A stretch of DNA of 64,000 bases from Pristiophorus japonicus. Its lineage: Eukaryota. The notes under the pieces are model-generated. The model searched no databases. It was not told where the DNA came from and saw nothing but the letters and a program-made list of their open reading frames with translations. Shown here piece by piece: positions 27,901 to 38,897 of the stretch. The position numbers and the translations under genes are program-made. Numbering within the stretch: position 1 is the stretch's first letter; every line of letters begins with the position of its first letter. The DNA lies in the NCBI RefSeq assembly GCF_044704955.1, contig NC_091977.1:11160001-11224000 (forward strand). Direction: 5' to 3'.

Positions 27901-30900
27901 TAGATGGCAGTGTGGTTTGGTTAGATGGTGGTGTGGTTTGGTTAGATGGCTGTGTGGTTTGGTTAGATGTTGGTGTGGTTTGGTTAGATGGTGGTGTGGT
28001 TTGGCTAGATGGTGGAGTGGTTTGGTGAGATGGTGGTGTGGTTTGGTTAGATGGAAGTGTGGTTTGGTTCGATGGCAGTGTGGTTTGGTTAGATGATGGT
28101 GTGGTTTGGTTAGATGGTGGTGTGCTTTGGTTAGATGGCAGTGTGGTTTAGTTAGATGTTGGTGTGGTTTGGTTAGATGTCAGTGTGATTTGGCTAGATC
28201 GTGGTGTGGTTTGTTTAGATGGTGGAGTGGTTTGGTTAGATGGCGGTGTGGTTTGGATAGCTCGTGGTGTGGTTAGGTTAGGTGACAGTGTGGTTTGGTA
28301 AGATGGCGGTGTGGTTTGGTTAGATGGTGGTGTGGTTTGTTTAGATGGCAGTGTAGTTTGGTTAGATGTTGGTGTGGTTTGGTTAGATGGCAGTGTCGTT
28401 TGGTTAGATGGTGGTGTGGTTTGTTTAGATGGCAGTGTAGTTTGGTTAGATGTTGGTGTGGTTTGGTTAGATGGCAGTGTCGTTTGGTTAGATGGTGGTG
28501 TGGTTTGGTTTGATGGCTGTGTGGTTTGGTTAGATGGTGGTGTGCTTTGGTTAGATGGCAGTGTGGTTTTGTTAGATGGCAGTGTGGTTTGGATAGATGG
28601 CAGTGTGGTTTGGTTAGATGGTGGTGTGGTTTGGTTAGATGGCTGTGTGGTTTGGTTAGATGTTGGTGTGGTTTGGTTAGATGGTGGTGTGGTTTGGCTA
28701 GATGGTGGAGTGGTTTGGTGAGATGGTGGTGTGGTTTGGTTAGATGGAAGTGTGGTTTGGTTCGATGGCAGTGTGGTTTGGTTAGATGGTGGTGTGGTTT
28801 GGTTAGATGGTGGTGTGCTTTGGTTAGATGGCAGTGTGGTTTAGTTAGATGTTGGTGTGGTTTGATTAGATGTCGGTGTGATTTGGCTAGATGGTGGTGT
28901 GGTTTAGTTAGATGTTGGTGTGGTTTGGTTAGATGGTGGTGTGGTTTGTTTAGATGGTGGAGTGGTTTGGTTAGATGGCGGTGTGGTTTGGATAGCTCGT
29001 GGTGTGGTTAGGTTAGGTGACAGTGTGGTTTGGTAAGATGGCGGTGTGGTTTGGTTAGATGGTGGTGTGGTTTGTTTAGATGGCAGTGTAGTTTGGTTAG
29101 ATGTTGGTGTGGTTTGGTTAGATGGCAATGTCGTTTGGTTAGATGGTGGTGTGGTTTGTTTAGATGGCAGTGTAGTTTGGTTAGATGTTGGTGTGGTTTG
29201 GTTAGATGGCAGTGTCGTTTGGTTAGATGGTGGTGTGGTTTGGTTTGATGGCTGTGTGGTTTGGTTAGATGGTGGTGTGCTTTGGTTAGATGGCAGTGTG
29301 GTTTTGTTAGATGGCAGTGTGGTTTGAATAGATGGCAGTGTGGTTTGAATAGATGGCAGTGTGGTTTGGTTAGATGGTGGTGTGGTCTGGTTAGATGGTG
29401 TGGTTTTGTTAGATGGCAGTGTGGTTTGGTTAGATGGTGGTGTGGTTTGTTTAGATGGTGGAGTGGTTTGGTTAGATGGCAGTGTGATTTGGTTAGATGG
29501 CCGTGTAGTTTGGATGGATGGTGGTGTGGTTTGGTTAGATGGCAGTGTGATTTGGTTGGATGGTGGTGTGGTTTGGTTAGATGGCCGTGTAGTTTGGATG
29601 GATGGTGGTGTGGTTTGTTTAGATGGTGGTGTGGTTTGGTTCGATGACAGTGTGGTTTGGTTAGATGGTGGTGTGGTCTGGTTAGATGGTGTAGTTTTGT
29701 TAGATGGAAGTGTGGTTTGGTTAGATGGCGGTGTGGTTTGGATAGCTCGTGGTGTGGTTAGGTTAGGTGACAGTGTGGTTTGGTAAGATGGCGTTGTGGT
29801 TTGGTTAGATGGTGGTGTGGTTTGTTTAGATGGCAGTGTAGTTTGGTTAGATGTTGGTGTGGTTTGGTTAGATGGCAGTGTCGTTTGGTTAGATGGTGGT
29901 GTGGTTTGGTTTGATGGCTGTGTGGTTTGGTTAGATGTTGGTGTGCTTTGGTTAGATGGCAGTGTGGTTTTGTTAGATGGCAGTGTGGTTTGGATAGATG
30001 GCAGTGTGGTTTGGTTAGATGGTGGTGTGGTTTGGTTAGATGGCTGTGTGGTTTGGTTAGATGTTGGTGTGGTTTGGTTAGATGGTGGTGTGGTTTGGCT
30101 AGATGGTGGAGTGGTTTGGTGAGATGGTGGTGTGGTTTGGTTAGATGGAAGTGTGGTTTGGTTCGATGGCAGTGTGGTTTGGTTAGATGGTGGTGTGGTT
30201 TGGTTAGATGGTGGTATCATTTGGTTAGATGGTGGTGTGGCTTGGTTAGATAGTTGTGTGTTTTGGTTAGATGGTGGTGTGGATTGGTTAGATGATGGTG
30301 TGCTTTGGTTAGATGGCCGTTTAGTTTGTTTCGATGGTGGTGTGGTTTGGTTAGATGGTGGTGTGGTTTGGTTAGAGGTTGGTGTGGTTTGGTTAGATGG
30401 TGGTGTGTTTTGGTTAGATGGCAGTGTGGTTTGGTTAGATGGCAGTGTGGTTTGGTTAGATGGTAGTGTGGTTTGGTTAGATGGTTGTGTTGTTTGGTTA
30501 GATGGCAGTGTGCTTTGGTTAGATGGCAAAATGGTTTGGTTCGATTGTGGTGTGGTTTGGTTAGATGACAGTGTGGTTTGGTTAGATGGCAGTTTGCTTT
30601 GCTTAGATGGTGGTGTGGTTTGGTTAGATGGTGGTAGGCAATGGTTAAATGGCAGTCAATTGGTTAGATGGTGGTGTGGTTTGGGTAGATAGTGGTGTGG
30701 TTTGGGTAGATGGCAGTGTGGTTTGGTTAGATGGCAGTCTGGTTTGGTCAGATGGCAGTTGATTTGGTTAGATGGTGGTGTGGTTTGGTTAGATGATGTT
30801 ATGGTTCGGTTAGATGGTGGTGTGGTTTGTTTAAATGCTGGTGTGGTTTGTTCAGATGGTGGTGTGGTTTGGTTAGCTGGCAGTGTGGTTTGGTTAGATG

Positions 30901-32441
30901 GTGGTGTGGTTTGGTTAGATGTGGTGTGGTTTGGTTAGATTACAGTGTGGTTTGGTTCGATGGTGGTGTGGTGTGGTTAGATGGCAGTGTGATTTGGTTA
31001 GATGAAGATATGATTTGGTTAGATGGCAGTTTGTTTTGGTTAGATGTCAGTGTAGTTTTGTTAGATGGCAATGTGGTTTGGTTAGATGGTGGTGTGGTTT
31101 GGTTAGATGGCACTGTGGTTTGATTAGATGGCGGTGTGGTTTGGTTGGATGGCAGTGTAGTTTGGTGAGCTGGTGGTGTGGTTTGGTTAGATGGCAGTGT
31201 GGTTTAGTAAGATGTTGGTGTGGCTTGCTTCAATGACAGTGTGGTTTGGTTAGATGGTGGTGTGGTTTGGTTAGATGGTGTTGTGATTTGGTGAGACAGT
31301 TGTGTGGTTTGGTTAGATGGTGATGTGGTTTGGTTAGATTGCAATATGGTTTGAGTAGATGGTTGTGTGATTTGGTTAAATGGCATCATGGTTTGTTTAG
31401 ATGGCAGCGTGGTTTGGTTAGATGGTGGTGTGGTTTGGTTAGCTGGCAGTGTGGTTTGGTTAGATGGTGGTGTGGTTTGGTTAGATGTGGCGTGGTTTGG
31501 TTAGATTACAGTGTGGTTTGGTTCGATGGTGGTGTGGTTCGGTTAGATGGCAGTGTGATTTGGTTAGATGAAGATATGATTTGGTTAGATGGCAGTTTGT
31601 TTTGGTTAGATGTCAGTGTAGTTTTGTTAGATGGCAATGTGGTTTGGTTAGATGGGGGTGTGGTTTGATTAGATGGCGATGTGGTTTGGTTAGATGGTGT
31701 TGTGGTTTCATTAGATGGCAGTGTGGTTTGGTTAGATGTTGGTGTGGTTTGGTTAGATGGCAGTGTGGTTTGGTTAGATGGTGGTGTGGTTTGGTTAGAT
31801 GGTGGTGTGGTTTGGTTAGATGGCAGTGTGGTTTGGTTAGCTGGTGTTGTGGTTTGGTGAGACAGTTGTGTGGTTTGGTTAGATGGTGATGTGGTTTGGT
31901 TAGATGGCAGTATGGTTTGGGTAGATGGTTGTGTGGTTTGGTTAAATGGCAGCATGGTTTGTTTAGATGGCAGTGTGGTTTGGTTAGATGGTGGTGTGGT
32001 TTGGTTAGATGGCAGTGTGGTTTGGTTAGATGTTGGTGTGGTATTGTTCGATGGTGGTCTGGTTTGTTTAGATGGCGGTGTGGTTTGGTTAGATGGTGGT
32101 GTGGTTTAGTTGGGTGGCAGTGTGGTTTGGTTAGATGGCAGTCTAGTTTGGTTAGCTAGTGGTGTGGTTTGGTTAGATGGTGGTGTGGTTTGGTTAGAGG
32201 GCAGTCTGGTTTGGTTAGATGGCAGTGTAGTTTGGTTAGATGGTGGCGTTGTTTGGTTAGGTGTCAGTGTGGTTTGTATAGATGGTTGTTTGGTTTGGTT
32301 CGATGACGGTGTGATTTGGTTAGATGGCAATGTGGTTTGGTTAGATGGTGGTGTGGTTTGGTTAGATGGCAGTGTGGTTTGTATAGATGGCAGTGTGGTT
32401 TGGTTAGATAGTGGTGTGGTTTGTTTCGATGGCAGTGTCGT
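3927..32441. repeat. ~28.5 kb 21-bp satellite array (GGTTAGATGG[CA/TG]GTGTGGTTT, with 18-bp variants) with higher-order repeats
   Basis: Continuous tandem units are directly visible (roughly 1350 monomers). Diagnostic variant units recur at 651, 813, 1023 and 378 bp spacings. Confidence 0.98.
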
Positions 32442-32737
32442 TGCTTATGGCACAATGGGATTGTTGGTGACAGCATCAGTTTAGAGCATTTCAGTGATAA
32501 TATGATTGGTTCAATGATGTCACAAAGGGTATGAATAAATTAATGACATAGGAACTAGCGGAGGCCATTCAGCCAGGCGAGTCATACCACCATTCAATCA
32601 GATCATGGCTCATCTGTACCTCCCCACTATTTTCACCATTAGGGCAATGACCAACAACATCTCGGGGGAGTGCAATCCAGAGGACATCCACCTAGAGGAG
32701 GGATCAGACAATGGGCAAATGCAAGGCAGTCTAAAAT

Positions 32738-32916
32738 GGGTTTGCAGTGCATGTGCGTAAATGCCCAGAGCGGGTAAATAGGGTGGTGAGTTGTGGCATA
32801 AGTCACCACATGGGACTGTGATGTCATGGCAAAACAGAGACCTGGCTCAAAGAAGGGATAGATTGGGAACTTAATATTCCTGGTTACAAAGGATTCATGA
32901 AAGATAGGGAAGGGAA
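32738..32916 (+). mobile_element. Old CR1 ORF2 endonuclease N-terminal fragment, interrupted by a younger CR1 and resuming at ~35083-35105
   Basis: Degenerate CMCVNAQS...ETWLKEGIDWELNIPGYKGFMKDREG; continues as GRVEVAVL after the inserted element. Confidence 0.55.
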
Positions 32917-35082
32917 AACATAGAAACATAGAAATTAGGTGCAGGAGCAGGCCATTCAGCCCTTCAAGCCTGCACCGCCATTCAATAAGATCATTGCTGG
33001 TCATTCAACCTCAGTACCCCTTTCCTGTTTTCTCTCCCTATCCCTTGATCACTTTGGCCATAAGGGCCACATCTAACTCTCTTTTTGAATATATCTAAGG
33101 AACTGGCCTCAACAACTTTCTGCGGTAGAGAATTCCACAGGTTAACTATTCTTTGAGTGAAGAAGTTTCTCCTCATCTCATCCTAAATGGCTTCCCCCTT
33201 ATTCTTAGACTGTGGCCCCTGGTTCTGGAACTCCACAGCAATGGGAACATTTTTCCTGACTCTAACCTGTCCAATCCCGTCAGAATTTTATATGTTTCTA
33301 TGAGATCCCCTCTCATTCTACTAAACTCTAGTGGATACAAGCCCAGTTGATCCAATCTCTCCTCGTATGTCAGTCCTGCCATCCCGGGAATCAGTCTGGT
33401 GAACCTTCACTGTACTCGCTCACTAGCAAGAACACCCTTCCTCAGATTAGGAGACCAAAACTGAACACAATATTCCAGGTGTGGCCTCACCAAGGCTCAG
33501 TACAACTGCAGTAAGACCTCCCTGCTCCTATACTCAAATTCCCTAGCTATGAAGGCCAACATACCATTTTCCTTCTTCACCGCCTGCTGTACCTGCATGC
33601 CAACTTTCAATGACTGATGTACCATGACACCCAGGTCTCGTTGTACCTCCCCTTTTCCTAATCTGTCACCATTCAGATAATATTCTGTCTTTCTGTTTTT
33701 GCCACCAAAGTGGATAACCTCACATTTATCCACATTATACTGCATCTGCCATGCATTTGCCCACTCACCTAACCTGTCCAAGTCACCCTGCATCTGCTTA
33801 GCATCCTCCTCACAGCTCACACCGTCACCCAGCTTAGTGTCATCTGCAAACTTGGAGATATTACACTCAATTCCTTCATCTAAATCATTGATGTATATTG
33901 TAAATAGCTAGGGTCCCAGCACTGAACACTGCGGCACCCCACTGGTCACTGCCTGCCATTCTGAAAAGGACCCGTTTATCCCGACTCTCTGCTTCCTGTC
34001 TGCCAACCAGTTCTCTATCCATGTCAATATATTACCCCCAATACCATGTGCTTTAATTTTGCACACTAATCTCTTGTGTGGGACCTTGTCAAACGCCTTT
34101 TGAAGTTCTAAATACACCACATCCACTGGTTCTCCCTTGTCCACTCTACTAGTTACATCCTCAAAAAATTCTAGAAGATTTGTCAAGCAGGATTTCCCTT
34201 TTATAAATCCATGCTGACTTGGACCGATCCTGTCACTGCTTTCCAAATGCGCTGCTATTTCATCTTTAATAATTGATTCCAACATTTTCCCCACTACTGA
34301 TGTCAGGCTAACCGGTCTATAATTTACCGTTTTCTCTCTCCCTCCTTTTTTAAAAAGTGGTGTTACATTAGCTACCCTCCAATCCATAGGAACTGATCCA
34401 GAGTCAATAGAATGTTGGAAAATGATCACCAATGCATCCACTATTTCTAGGGCCACTTTCTTAAGTACTCTGGGATGCAGACTATCAGGCCCTGGGGATT
34501 TATCAGCCTTTAATCCCATCAATATCCCTAACACAATTTCCTGACTAATAAGGATTTCCTTCAGTTCCTCCTTTTTGCTCGACCCTCGAACCCCTAGTAT
34601 TTCCGGAAGGTTATCTGTGTCTTCCTTCGTGAAGACAGAACCAAAGTATTTATTCAATTGGTCTGCCATTTCTTTGTTTCCCATTATAAATTCACCTGAT
34701 TCTGTCTGCAAAGGACCTACGTTTGTCTTCACTAATCGTTTTCTCTTCATATATCTATAGAAGCTTTTGCAGTCAGTTTTTATGTTCCCTGCAAGCTTCC
34801 TCTCAAACTGTATTTTCCCCCTCCTAAATAGACCCTTTGTCCTGCTCTGCTGAATTCTAAATTTGTCCCAGTCCTCAGGTTTGCTGCTTTTTCTGGCCAA
34901 TTTATATGCCTCTTCCTTGTATTTAACACTATCCCTAATTTCCCTTGTTAGTCACGGTTGAGCTCCCTTCTCCTTTTTATTTTTATTCCAGACTGGGATG
35001 TACAATTGTTGAAGTTCATCCATGTAATCTATAAATGTCTGCTATTGCCTATCCATCGTCAATCATTTAAGTATCATTTGCC
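32917..35082 (-). mobile_element. 5'-truncated CR1 LINE, same subfamily as the element at 1-3926
   Basis: (TTTCTATG)n-type tail at 32917-32933. RT fragments in ORFs 33908..34900, 33497..33820 and 33173..33382. Colinear with 1-1690. Confidence 0.95.
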
Positions 35083-35107
35083 AGGAAGGGTCGAAGTGGC
35101 TGTATTG

Positions 35108-35222
35108 TGTACCACACGGACTGCAGCGGTTCAAGCACCACCTTCTCGAAGGCAATTAGGTTTGGGCAATAAATGCTGGCTTTGCCAGCGACGCCTATAT
35201 CCCGTGAATAAATATCTTTTTT
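35108..35222 (+). mobile_element. Short LINE/SINE 3'-tail fragment
   Basis: GGGCAATAAATGCTGGC..GCCAGCGACGCC..ATCCC followed by an AT-rich tail resembles a common elasmobranch retroposon 3' end (recalled, not searched). Confidence 0.45.
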
Positions 35223-35660
35223 TTAAAAAGCACATAGATAATATGGAGCCAAAGGATGGGCCCTTGGAGTGATTCCAGAGGTGAAAGAGTGAGCGAGGGA
35301 AGGGAAGCCATTGCTGGAGATGTGCTGCCTGTATCGGTGTCTGGTGGGTAGAGGTGGAACCAAGCCAGGGCAGTCCCACGGGCAGAAACAGGACAGAGGA
35401 GAGGCGATGAAAGAATTTGGCACAGTCAATGGTGTCAAATACTGCCGAGAGCACAAGGAGTGATAATGCAGAGGACATCATTTGGGACTTTAGCCAGGGC
35501 GTTCTCAGTGGGTGAGAAGGGAGCAAACCAGACTGGAGGCTTTCCGACAGTGAGTTTCAGGACAGATTAGTACAGAGCTGAGCCAGAACACATGTACTGA
35601 CCTTACAGAAGGGAGGTTAGAGCTGGGGCGATGAATGGGGAGGCGGGTGGTGATTTGGAT
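35223..35660 (-). mobile_element. Degenerate L2-clade LINE RT fragment
   Basis: SALSLLVLSAVFDTID...RLSS, GTALAWFH-like and PQG..LG-like motifs across shifting frames. Confidence 0.7.
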
Positions 35661-35759
35661 GAGATTAATGATGCCGCTAATTTCATTGGGCGGGTTCAGT
35701 ACTGGCACGGCCCAGTTTGGGACGGCACAGATTGTTTGCACTGGTTCAGTGATGGTACG

Positions 35760-36228
35760 TGAAGAGGTAAATTACAATTCTTTATAATATTGTGCCATTT
35801 TAAAATGGAACCTGCAGGCTACAGACTGTGAGAACATTCCCATGAGAAGCCAACGCTCCAGTTCACAGACCAAAAACCTTGGAGGGCAAGAGAACAGAGA
35901 GATAACATAGAAACTGAACTAACTAACAAGATAAGGATAGAAGGGAAATGCAAACTATAGCAACTGTCCGGAATTACCATTTAAGGCATATGGAAGCCAG
36001 ACTGAAGGAAGCGCTGTATCAAGCATCATGTATTAATTGTAACTTGTATAATTACGTAATGACTTAATCTGAAATCTGAAATTGTACAAAGGAAAATGCC
36101 TCCAGCCATTTCTTTGAGCGTTCCTTATGGAATAGCTCCCCTGCTAGCTTGTATTAATTAATTAATAAAAATTGCATTTACTTTTAGGCTAATGGACTTT
36201 AAGTGGTGGTTTGAAGTTAACCCTTACA
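35760..36228 (+). mobile_element. Solo LTR (469 bp) with 5-bp target-site duplication
   Basis: TG...CA termini (TGAAGAGGT...ACCCTTACA, imperfect inverted). GTACG direct repeat at 35755-35759 and 36229-36233. AATAAA near 36164. Interrupts a 21-bp minisatellite. Confidence 0.75.
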
Positions 36229-36348
36229 GTACGGACTGGTTCAGTGATGGCACAGACTGGCTCAGTGATGGTACGGAGTGGTAAGTTATGGCACAGACTG
36301 GTTCAGTGATGGCACAGACTGGTTCAGTTATGGCACGGACTGGTTCAG
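36229..36348. repeat. Short 21-bp minisatellite (GGTTCAGTGATGGCACAGACT); also present at ~35692-35759 on the other side of the LTR
   Basis: About 5 visible copies to the right of the LTR and degenerate copies to the left. Confidence 0.7.
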
Positions 36349-36769
36349 GCTCTCTCCAGTGCTGATCCAGCTGATACCAGACTGGAAACTGGAGGAGTGG
36401 CAGCATTGGGCTTCAGGACCGGGCCTGGCTGTGATGTCCCCACAGCTGAATAGCCTGCAGGCACCCACTGCCTGGGCTCAGGCATGAGGAATGCCCAGTG
36501 AGGTCAGATCTGGGAAAGTGAATGGTGCTCGTAGAGCCTGCGCCCAGTACCAGACAGCAACACCCTGAGAGAAGGGATGAAAACATTTGGGAAAATATAG
36601 TCATTATAGATCTGAGAATCATTTCAACAAGGCAGGGTCTGTGTGCGGAGAGGGACGAGGGTTCAACAAACCAGCTGTCCAGCACCAAACAGCCTCCAAA
36701 GCAGAACAACCCGACTCAGAAAGGTGACAAGTGAATGGAATAGAAAACAGCAGAGGGCGCTCTTCTCTG

Positions 36770-37344
36770 TTTGTGGGACAGTGCAGAGGGAGCTTTACTC
36801 TGTATCTAGCCCGTGCTGTACCTGCCCTGGGAGTGTTTGATGGGACAGTGTAGAGAGAGCTTTACTCTGTATCTAAACCGTGCTGTACCTGCCCTGGGAG
36901 TGTTTGATGGGACAGTGTAGAGGGAGCTTTACTCTGTATCTAAACCGTGCTGTACCTGCCCTGGGAGTGTTTGATGGGACAGTGTAGAGGGAGCTTTACT
37001 CTGTATCTAAACCGTGCTGTACCTGCCCTGGGAGTGTTTGATGGGACAGTGTAGAGAGAGCTTTACTCTGTATCTAAACTGTGCTGTACCTGCCCTGGGA
37101 GTGTTTGATGGGACAGTGTAGAGAGAGCTTTACTCTGTATCTAAACCGTGCTGTACCTGCCCTGGGAGTGTTTGATGGGACAGTGTAGAGAGAGCTTTAC
37201 TCTGTATCTAAACCGTGCTGTACCTGCCCTGGGAGTGTTTGATGGGACAGTGTAGAGAGAGCTTTACTCTGCATCTAACCCTGTGCTGTATCTGCCCTGG
37301 GAGTGTTTGATGGGACAGTGTAGAGAGAGCTTTACTCTGTATCT
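36770..37344. repeat. 67-bp tandem repeat (GTGTTTGATGGGACAGTGTAGAGGGAGCTTTACTCTGTATCTAA-CCGTGCTGTACCTGCCCTGGGA), left block
   Basis: About 8.5 copies; period 67 (TGGGACAGTG at 36841 and 36908). Confidence 0.95.
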
Positions 37345-37830
37345 GGATCTCCTGATCGTTTTCATCAAACCAGTCCTGATATTTTCTGGTTGAGTAACCA
37401 AGTGTCTCTTCACAGGCTCTGGTTATAGAGGCCTGGAAGGCAGACCAAGCGCTGTGAGCATTGAGCATCTCAGGGTCACCAAGGCACGCCAGATTGGCTG
37501 TGAGGCACTGGCTGCATACGGCTCTCTTAGCTGGTCATTAAGTGCCCCGGTATTAACATTCTGCAGCACTGTTTCTTCTGTCCTCCCTGCTTTGGGGCTA
37601 TGTTAATGTTGATGACGGATTGGATTAGGCGATGTTCCGTCCAACAGTCATCAGCTCCTGTCATGGCGCAGGTGATGCGCACAACCCTGCGATCCCTGGA
37701 TCGGACAATGACATTGTCGAGCAGGTGCTAGTGTTTGGAGCGAGGGTGTTGCCACGATGCCTTGTATTTGTCCCTCTGATGGAACAAGGTGTTGGTGATG
37801 AGAGTTCATGTTCTAGACATTTTGTCAGGA
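37345..37830 (-). mobile_element. RTE-clade LINE endonuclease/post-EN fragment, inverted relative to the 3' part
   Basis: Minus strand: LLTKCLEHEL, WQHPRSKH, CEETLGYSTRKYQDWFDENDQEIQ. Confidence 0.8.
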
Positions 37831-38122
37831 GTCTCTTGTCAACCCCACGATGGTTGGGGGCAGGCATTGAGAGGGTCAGCGGTCCGCTGGAGTTCAGTGT
37901 GGAAGGTCAGAGTGGTCACAGCCATAGTACTCACCACGTGCTGGGGGAGAAGAGGTCAGGTCACCAGTGGGGACGGAGAGGCGCAGTCGTCGCTGAAGGG
38001 GAGGCAGCCCGATCACCATTGAGGAGGTGCGGTCCAGCCGCCATTGAAGGAGGAGGCCCAATCTCCGCTGGAGTGGAGCAGCTGAGTCAGCCACGTGAGG
38101 TAAGCCTGTGGGGCTCGTGGGG

Positions 38123-38893
38123 GGAGCCTCTTGTCAACAAAGGCAGACTTTGATGCGGAGATTCAACAATGCCTCCAGTGCGCCAGTGCAGCCTTCGGCC
38201 GTCTGAGGAAAAGAGTGTTCGAAGACCAGGCCCTCAAACCTACCACCAAGCTCATGGTCTACAGGGCTTTAGTAATACCCGCCCTCCTGTATGGATCGGA
38301 GGCATGGACCATGTACAGAAGACACCTCAAGTCGCTGGAGAAATATTACTAACGATGTCGCCGCAAGATCCTGCAAATCCCCTGGGAGGACAGACGCACC
38401 AACATCAGTGTCCTCGCCCAGGCCAACATCGTCAGCATTGAAGCACTGACCACACTCGATCAGCTCCGCTGGGCAGGCCACATGCGAGACTCCCAAAGCA
38501 AATGCTCTACGCAGAGCTCCTTCATGTCATACGAGCCAAAGGTGGGCAGCGAAAACGTTACAAGGACACACTCAAAGCCTCCCTGGTAAAGTGTGACATC
38601 ACTACTGACACCTGGGAGACCCTGGCCGAAGACCACCCTAGGTGGAGAAAGTCCATCCGGGAGGGCGTTGAGCTCTTCGAGTCTCAACGCAGAGCGTGAA
38701 GAGGTCAGGTGCAGGCAGCGGAAGAAGCGATCAGCAAATCCGTCCCACCCCCCCCTCCCCCATTTCTCCGACAAATGTCTGTCCCACCTGTGACAGTGTC
38801 TGTGGCTCTCGTGATGGACTGTTCAGCCACCAAAGAACTCACTTTAAGAGTGGAAGCAAGTCTTCCTCGATTCCGAGGGACTGCCTATGATGA
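38123..38893 (+). mobile_element. RTE-clade LINE 3' part (post-RT domain, C-terminal C2H2 finger, short TGA-repeat tail)
   Basis: STKADFDAEIQQCLQCASAAFGRL...LLYGSEAW..., RAKGGQRKRYKDTLK, CPTCDSVCGSRDGLFSHQRTH; ends CTGCCTATGATGA. Confidence 0.85.
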
Positions 38894-38897
38894 GGGG

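Noticed and set aside
3927-32441. CRISPR-like or antigenic-variation cassette interpretation of the array
   Set aside because: There are no unique spacers and no cas or recombinase genes; the context is vertebrate and the units are contiguous tandem monomers.
3915-32484. Dozens of plus-strand ORFs (VVWLDGG / VRWQCGL repeats) and His-rich minus ORFs (HHLTKPH)
   Set aside because: These are translations of the 21-bp satellite, with frequent stops and no domain or splice context.
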